Below are positions 60,670-64,000 of a stretch of DNA of 64,000 bases, one piece after another; positions within the stretch are counted from its first letter, which is position 1; the number at the start of each line of letters is the position of its first letter. Made by a program: the position numbers and the translations under genes. The notes beneath the pieces are model-generated. The model did not search any database. It saw only the letters and a program-made list of their open reading frames with translations, and was not told the DNA's origin. Location: positions 1,056,001 to 1,120,000 of the forward strand of contig OZ253496.1 in NCBI GenBank assembly GCA_965262115.1, written 5' to 3'. This stretch comes from Nitrospinales bacterium. GTDB taxonomy: Bacteria; Nitrospinota; Nitrospinia; Nitrospinales; VA-1.

Positions 60670-61725
60670 TCAGACGGCGGCATGCTTCCACAATTGATTC
60701 AGCGCTGGAAGCAATCCCCAGCAAACGGTTTGACCGTATAAGGAGTTCTCGCCCTGATCCCGAATCAGTCGGCGATGCGCCTCTCCCAATGCGTGATAAG
60801 GCAGATCGGGAAACAGGTGATGCGTCGCATGAAAGCGAAGACCCACTGGCGCCCATAAAGGAGTCATCCATCTATTCCCGGGGATATTGACCGAGTCCAG
60901 CATTTGACTTGGGTAGCTCATCGCATTTTCCTTGGGGTTTTGATAGCGGTGAGCCCCCAAGGTTCTGATGGAATTAATCATAAAAATCAACGCTCCAACA
61001 CAGTACCACAGGAACAGGGTCATCGCAGGAATAATTTTTGCCAGGATGGCCCCCAAAAATGCCCAGGCAAAAAGACACGCCAAAAACTCCTGGATTTTCC
61101 AACCTTCCATATTCTTCCAGGAAGACTCCGGCCGCCGATAATCCAGATCGATAACCAGCGCTGACATCCTGGCCATCAGGAATGATCTCAGCCTTTTATT
61201 GACCAAAGATAATGGAGTTAAAACGGAAAAACGCGCTAAAAATAAAATCGGAACCAAAAAAGAAAAAAGAACATGAATGACAATCCATCTTCTTCCTTTT
61301 AAAGCGAAGGGAAAATATTCCCCATCTTTTTCAGTTCCATAAAAATTCTGTTTATGGTGATCTAAGTGAACGAACTGATAAAGAAAAACGGGAACCATAA
61401 GAGGGAAACCACAAAGTATATTCCAGACCCAACTGAACATCTTGAAGGCGCCCTTTTTGAAATGAACAATTTCATGGATGAATAAAACCGCCCGATACAA
61501 AGCCAGGCAGGAGAGAGTCACAAAAAGAATTTGCCGGGAAGAAAAAACCGGAGCCATGAAGGCAAGAACAAAAGCACCCCACCCAAGAATGGCGCTAAAC
61601 AAAAAATCCAACCAGTAAATAATGGGATTAGGCCGAAAGAGATCTTTCACCAGTTCTCTTGCCCTGCCCATCGGGAAACTTTCTCGCTCCTGCTGTAAAT
61701 TTTCATGGGCCTGTTGAGTCAACAC
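60670..61725 (-). CDS. Membrane fatty-acid desaturase family protein
   Basis: His boxes HEIVH, HLDHH and FHATHH; hydrophobic segments. Confidence 0.88.
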   Translation of the reverse strand: MLTQQAHENLQQERESFPMGRARELVKDLFRPNPIIYWLDFLFSAILGWGAFVLAFMAPVFSSRQILFVTLSCLALYRAVLFIHEIVHFKKGAFKMFSWVWNILCGFPLMVPVFLYQFVHLDHHKQNFYGTEKDGEYFPFALKGRRWIVIHVLFSFLVPILFLARFSVLTPLSLVNKRLRSFLMARMSALVIDLDYRRPESSWKNMEGWKIQEFLACLFAWAFLGAILAKIIPAMTLFLWYCVGALIFMINSIRTLGAHRYQNPKENAMSYPSQMLDSVNIPGNRWMTPLWAPVGLRFHATHHLFPDLPYHALGEAHRRLIRDQGENSLYGQTVCWGLLPALNQLWKHAAV

Positions 61726-61752
61726 AGTGGTCCTGTTTGTAATTACGGGTTG

Positions 61753-62106
61753 CTAATTTTTTTCCGCGCAGGATACGCACAGAACATTTTCCGGCATGAG
61801 CATGATACGTCCTTCTGGAATCGGGTTGGCACAACGGGCGCAGATTCCAAAATCCGGCAAGTCCACCTTGCTCAGAGCTTTTTCAAGCTTAAGCAGCTTG
61901 GACTTCGACGAATTCAACGAAGCCTCGCTTATGCCCTGACTGCCGAGTGCCTCCATTCGAGTGAGACGGCCTATGGCGTTGTCCGGAGCAACTGGCTTGG
62001 AGGTTAGGGTGAAAGTTTCTATCAGGTGCTTTTGCACCTCGATCTCCTCAACGATTTTCTTTTTAAGTTCCGCTCTACCTTCATCATCCATACACGATCC
62101 TACCAT
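61753..62106 (-). CDS. TraR/DksA C4-type zinc-finger protein
   Basis: PDNAIGRLTRMEA, FGICARC...IPEGR...CVSC. Confidence 0.88.
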   Translation of the reverse strand: MVGSCMDDEGRAELKKKIVEEIEVQKHLIETFTLTSKPVAPDNAIGRLTRMEALGSQGISEASLNSSKSKLLKLEKALSKVDLPDFGICARCANPIPEGRIMLMPENVLCVSCAEKN

Positions 62107-62124
62107 TAATGCGTAAAATTCGGG

Positions 62125-62922
62125 CTATTTTGAGGCAGGAACAAATCCGGACATCGCGCATCTCTGCGCCAACAAGGGAGTGAAACGGTCAGTATCCTGG
62201 GAAAGCTCTTCCATAAACTCATTAGCCAGATTCTGGTCTTCAAAGCATTCATAAATATCATCCAGAAATCCGCCGCGCAAAAGCGGATGTTCGAGGAAAT
62301 CCCGTCCGGACCGGGTAAAAATTTCCAACGGCCATTCGGTCACCTCGACCTGCTCCAGACCCAGTTCCTCCAGCCATTGTTTTGCCTGATTGGCGGAAGG
62401 ACGTTCCTCTATATACTCCGCCAAGGATTTTCGTTCCTTGACCAGGTTTCCTCGTTTCATCTCCTCGTCCACGAGGTTCCATAAAGAGTCAAAGTTTCCC
62501 AGCGAGGGAAACGTCAGCACAATTTGTCCACCTGGCTTTAAGAATCGGACCAGATTGCTGAGAGCCTCAAAACGATTCGGGCGAAAAAACATGAAAGAGA
62601 GGTTGCCGGTGATGCAGTTAAAATTGGGAAGTATCGGGGGCAAAAAACGCATGTCCCCCACCTCAAACTGCAACCAGGGCAGATGCTGGCCTTGAATTGA
62701 CCGGGAACGAAGCACCTGGGACTGATGGATATCAATAGCCAGAACGCTTCCTTGAGGTCCTACCTGTTCCGCCAGATGAAACGCCGGGATCCCTCCCCCG
62801 GCAGCGATGTCCAGCACCGAGTCACCCGGATTTAACTGCAGTTTATGCATTAACAGTTGTGCAAAAGGGGTGGACCAGGGGTCGTTTTCAGGCAAAGGCC
62901 AGGATGGGGTCATGAGATTCAC
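62125..62922 (-). CDS. Class I SAM-dependent methyltransferase
   Basis: VLDIAAGGG, VLAID, GDM, LKPGGQ. Confidence 0.85.
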   Translation of the reverse strand: MNLMTPSWPLPENDPWSTPFAQLLMHKLQLNPGDSVLDIAAGGGIPAFHLAEQVGPQGSVLAIDIHQSQVLRSRSIQGQHLPWLQFEVGDMRFLPPILPNFNCITGNLSFMFFRPNRFEALSNLVRFLKPGGQIVLTFPSLGNFDSLWNLVDEEMKRGNLVKERKSLAEYIEERPSANQAKQWLEELGLEQVEVTEWPLEIFTRSGRDFLEHPLLRGGFLDDIYECFEDQNLANEFMEELSQDTDRFTPLLAQRCAMSGFVPASK

Positions 62923-62982
62923 TTTCTATTCCACCTGGCCTCGCCCGGTGGACGTGATATTTGTGATGTCCTTTTCGTTAAA

Positions 62983-63035
62983 CTTCATGCCCGGCACGGG
63001 TACTTCCTAAGCTCTTACCCGTTCCGGGCATGAAG
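62983..63035. repeat. Inverted pair of family Y units forming a 20-bp stem
   Basis: CTTCATGCCCGGCACGGGTA vs TACCCGTTCCGGGCATGAAG, 19/20 complementary. Confidence 0.8.
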
Positions 63036-63173
63036 GCAAGTGTTGGATATGCCACATGTGCCCCGCAGAGGTAAATGGGAAAAATATCTATTGCCGGACA
63101 GATACTCATTCAATACCTAAGTCAATCCGGTTATGATTGAAACAATATTATTCTACCGGATAAACAATCCCGC

Positions 63174-63965
63174 ATGGGTATTTTTACGGATGACAAGCTC
63201 CCCGACTCATACGCCCTCTGCCTTCTTGGCCACGGAAGTCGGGACCCCGAAGGCATTGAGGAATTCCTGATCCTGTGGAAAAAATTGCGCGAAAGAAATT
63301 TTTGTCAGATCACTGAAGCCGGATTTCTGGAATTCTCCAAGCCCACTGTCGCCGAAGCTTTATCCACATGCCAGAGCAACGGCATTAAAAACATTATTAT
63401 ATTGCCGAGTATTTTATTTTCCGGTGAACACACGCAAAGAGATATCCCGGACACAATCCGCGAAGTATGCCGAGACCATCCTGAAATCAATCTAATTTTT
63501 TCAGAGCCACTGGGTACGCAACCTGAGATTATAGAAGTCTGCCAGGTACGCATCAAGGAAGGCGAAAAACTTTCCCAAAAATCCATTCTCCGGTCAGAAA
63601 CATTGCTCATGATCGTGGGCCATGGAAGCCGCGACACAGATTTTAACTCTCAAGTCGACAAAAACCTGTTCCAGTTGGGGGAAAAACTGGGCTTCGGCAA
63701 AACCATTATCTGCTTTGCAGGAACCTCTCAACATTCTCTGGAAGACATGCAAGAAAAATTTGACCCGCAAGGATTTCACCGTGTCATTCTATTGCCCTTT
63801 TTTTTGTTCACTGGCGTCTGGGTCAAACGCGTACATGGCCTTGCCGACACTTTTCAGAAAAAATACCCGGATATCGAATTTCTCAAAGCCCCCTGCCTCA
63901 AGCATCATGATATAATTGTAAATACATTGATTCAACGTGCAAGGAAAAGTGTTTTTAACAAGTAA
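63174..63965 (+). CDS. Sirohydrochlorin chelatase, CbiX/SirB family (two domains)
   Basis: Duplicated GHGSRD, GFLEFSKP, GEHTQRDIP, PFFLFTG. Confidence 0.88.
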   Translation: MGIFTDDKLPDSYALCLLGHGSRDPEGIEEFLILWKKLRERNFCQITEAGFLEFSKPTVAEALSTCQSNGIKNIIILPSILFSGEHTQRDIPDTIREVCRDHPEINLIFSEPLGTQPEIIEVCQVRIKEGEKLSQKSILRSETLLMIVGHGSRDTDFNSQVDKNLFQLGEKLGFGKTIICFAGTSQHSLEDMQEKFDPQGFHRVILLPFFLFTGVWVKRVHGLADTFQKKYPDIEFLKAPCLKHHDIIVNTLIQRARKSVFNK

Positions 63966-64000
63966 GTCTGAATTGAAAGGTAATGTTTTTTATGATCAAA

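Noticed and set aside
62926..62989. 20-codon minus-strand ORF upstream of the methyltransferase
   Set aside because: Its ATG is supplied by a family Y repeat; too short to support

Overview
Bacterial chromosomal window of mostly housekeeping and envelope genes: MacAB-like exporter, AsmA-like protein, cstA, purA, proB, kdsA, rlmD, asnS, yggT-divIVA-yggU-mtnA, exbBD, bamD, a sigma-70 factor, plsY, tRNA-Gly/tRNA-Cys, ftsY, nirA-nirC, ArsM-like and CbiX-like genes. The gene content is compatible with a Nitrospina-like (Nitrospinota) organism, but that is inference only. Main points: (1) an apparent sphingolipid operon at 56330-62922 (desaturase, Spt, bCerS-like GNAT, CerR-like SDR, CDP-alcohol phosphotransferase); (2) an AT-rich islet (~9900-13990) bounded by a degenerate tRNA-Glu 3' fragment, carrying an uncalled ribosomal protein bS21 gene with no canonical start codon and a DUF1611/PLP-racemase pair; (3) a candidate sigma-54-driven structured sRNA at ~24635-24782; (4) a 129-bp MITE with 15-bp TIRs, 9-bp target duplications and REP-like cargo (4 full copies), plus other intergenic repeat families, one circularly permuted; (5) several accessory genes broken by single extra bases in homopolymer runs. 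No CRISPR array, rRNA, transposase or integrase was seen. All calls come from motif recognition by eye; no database searches were run.
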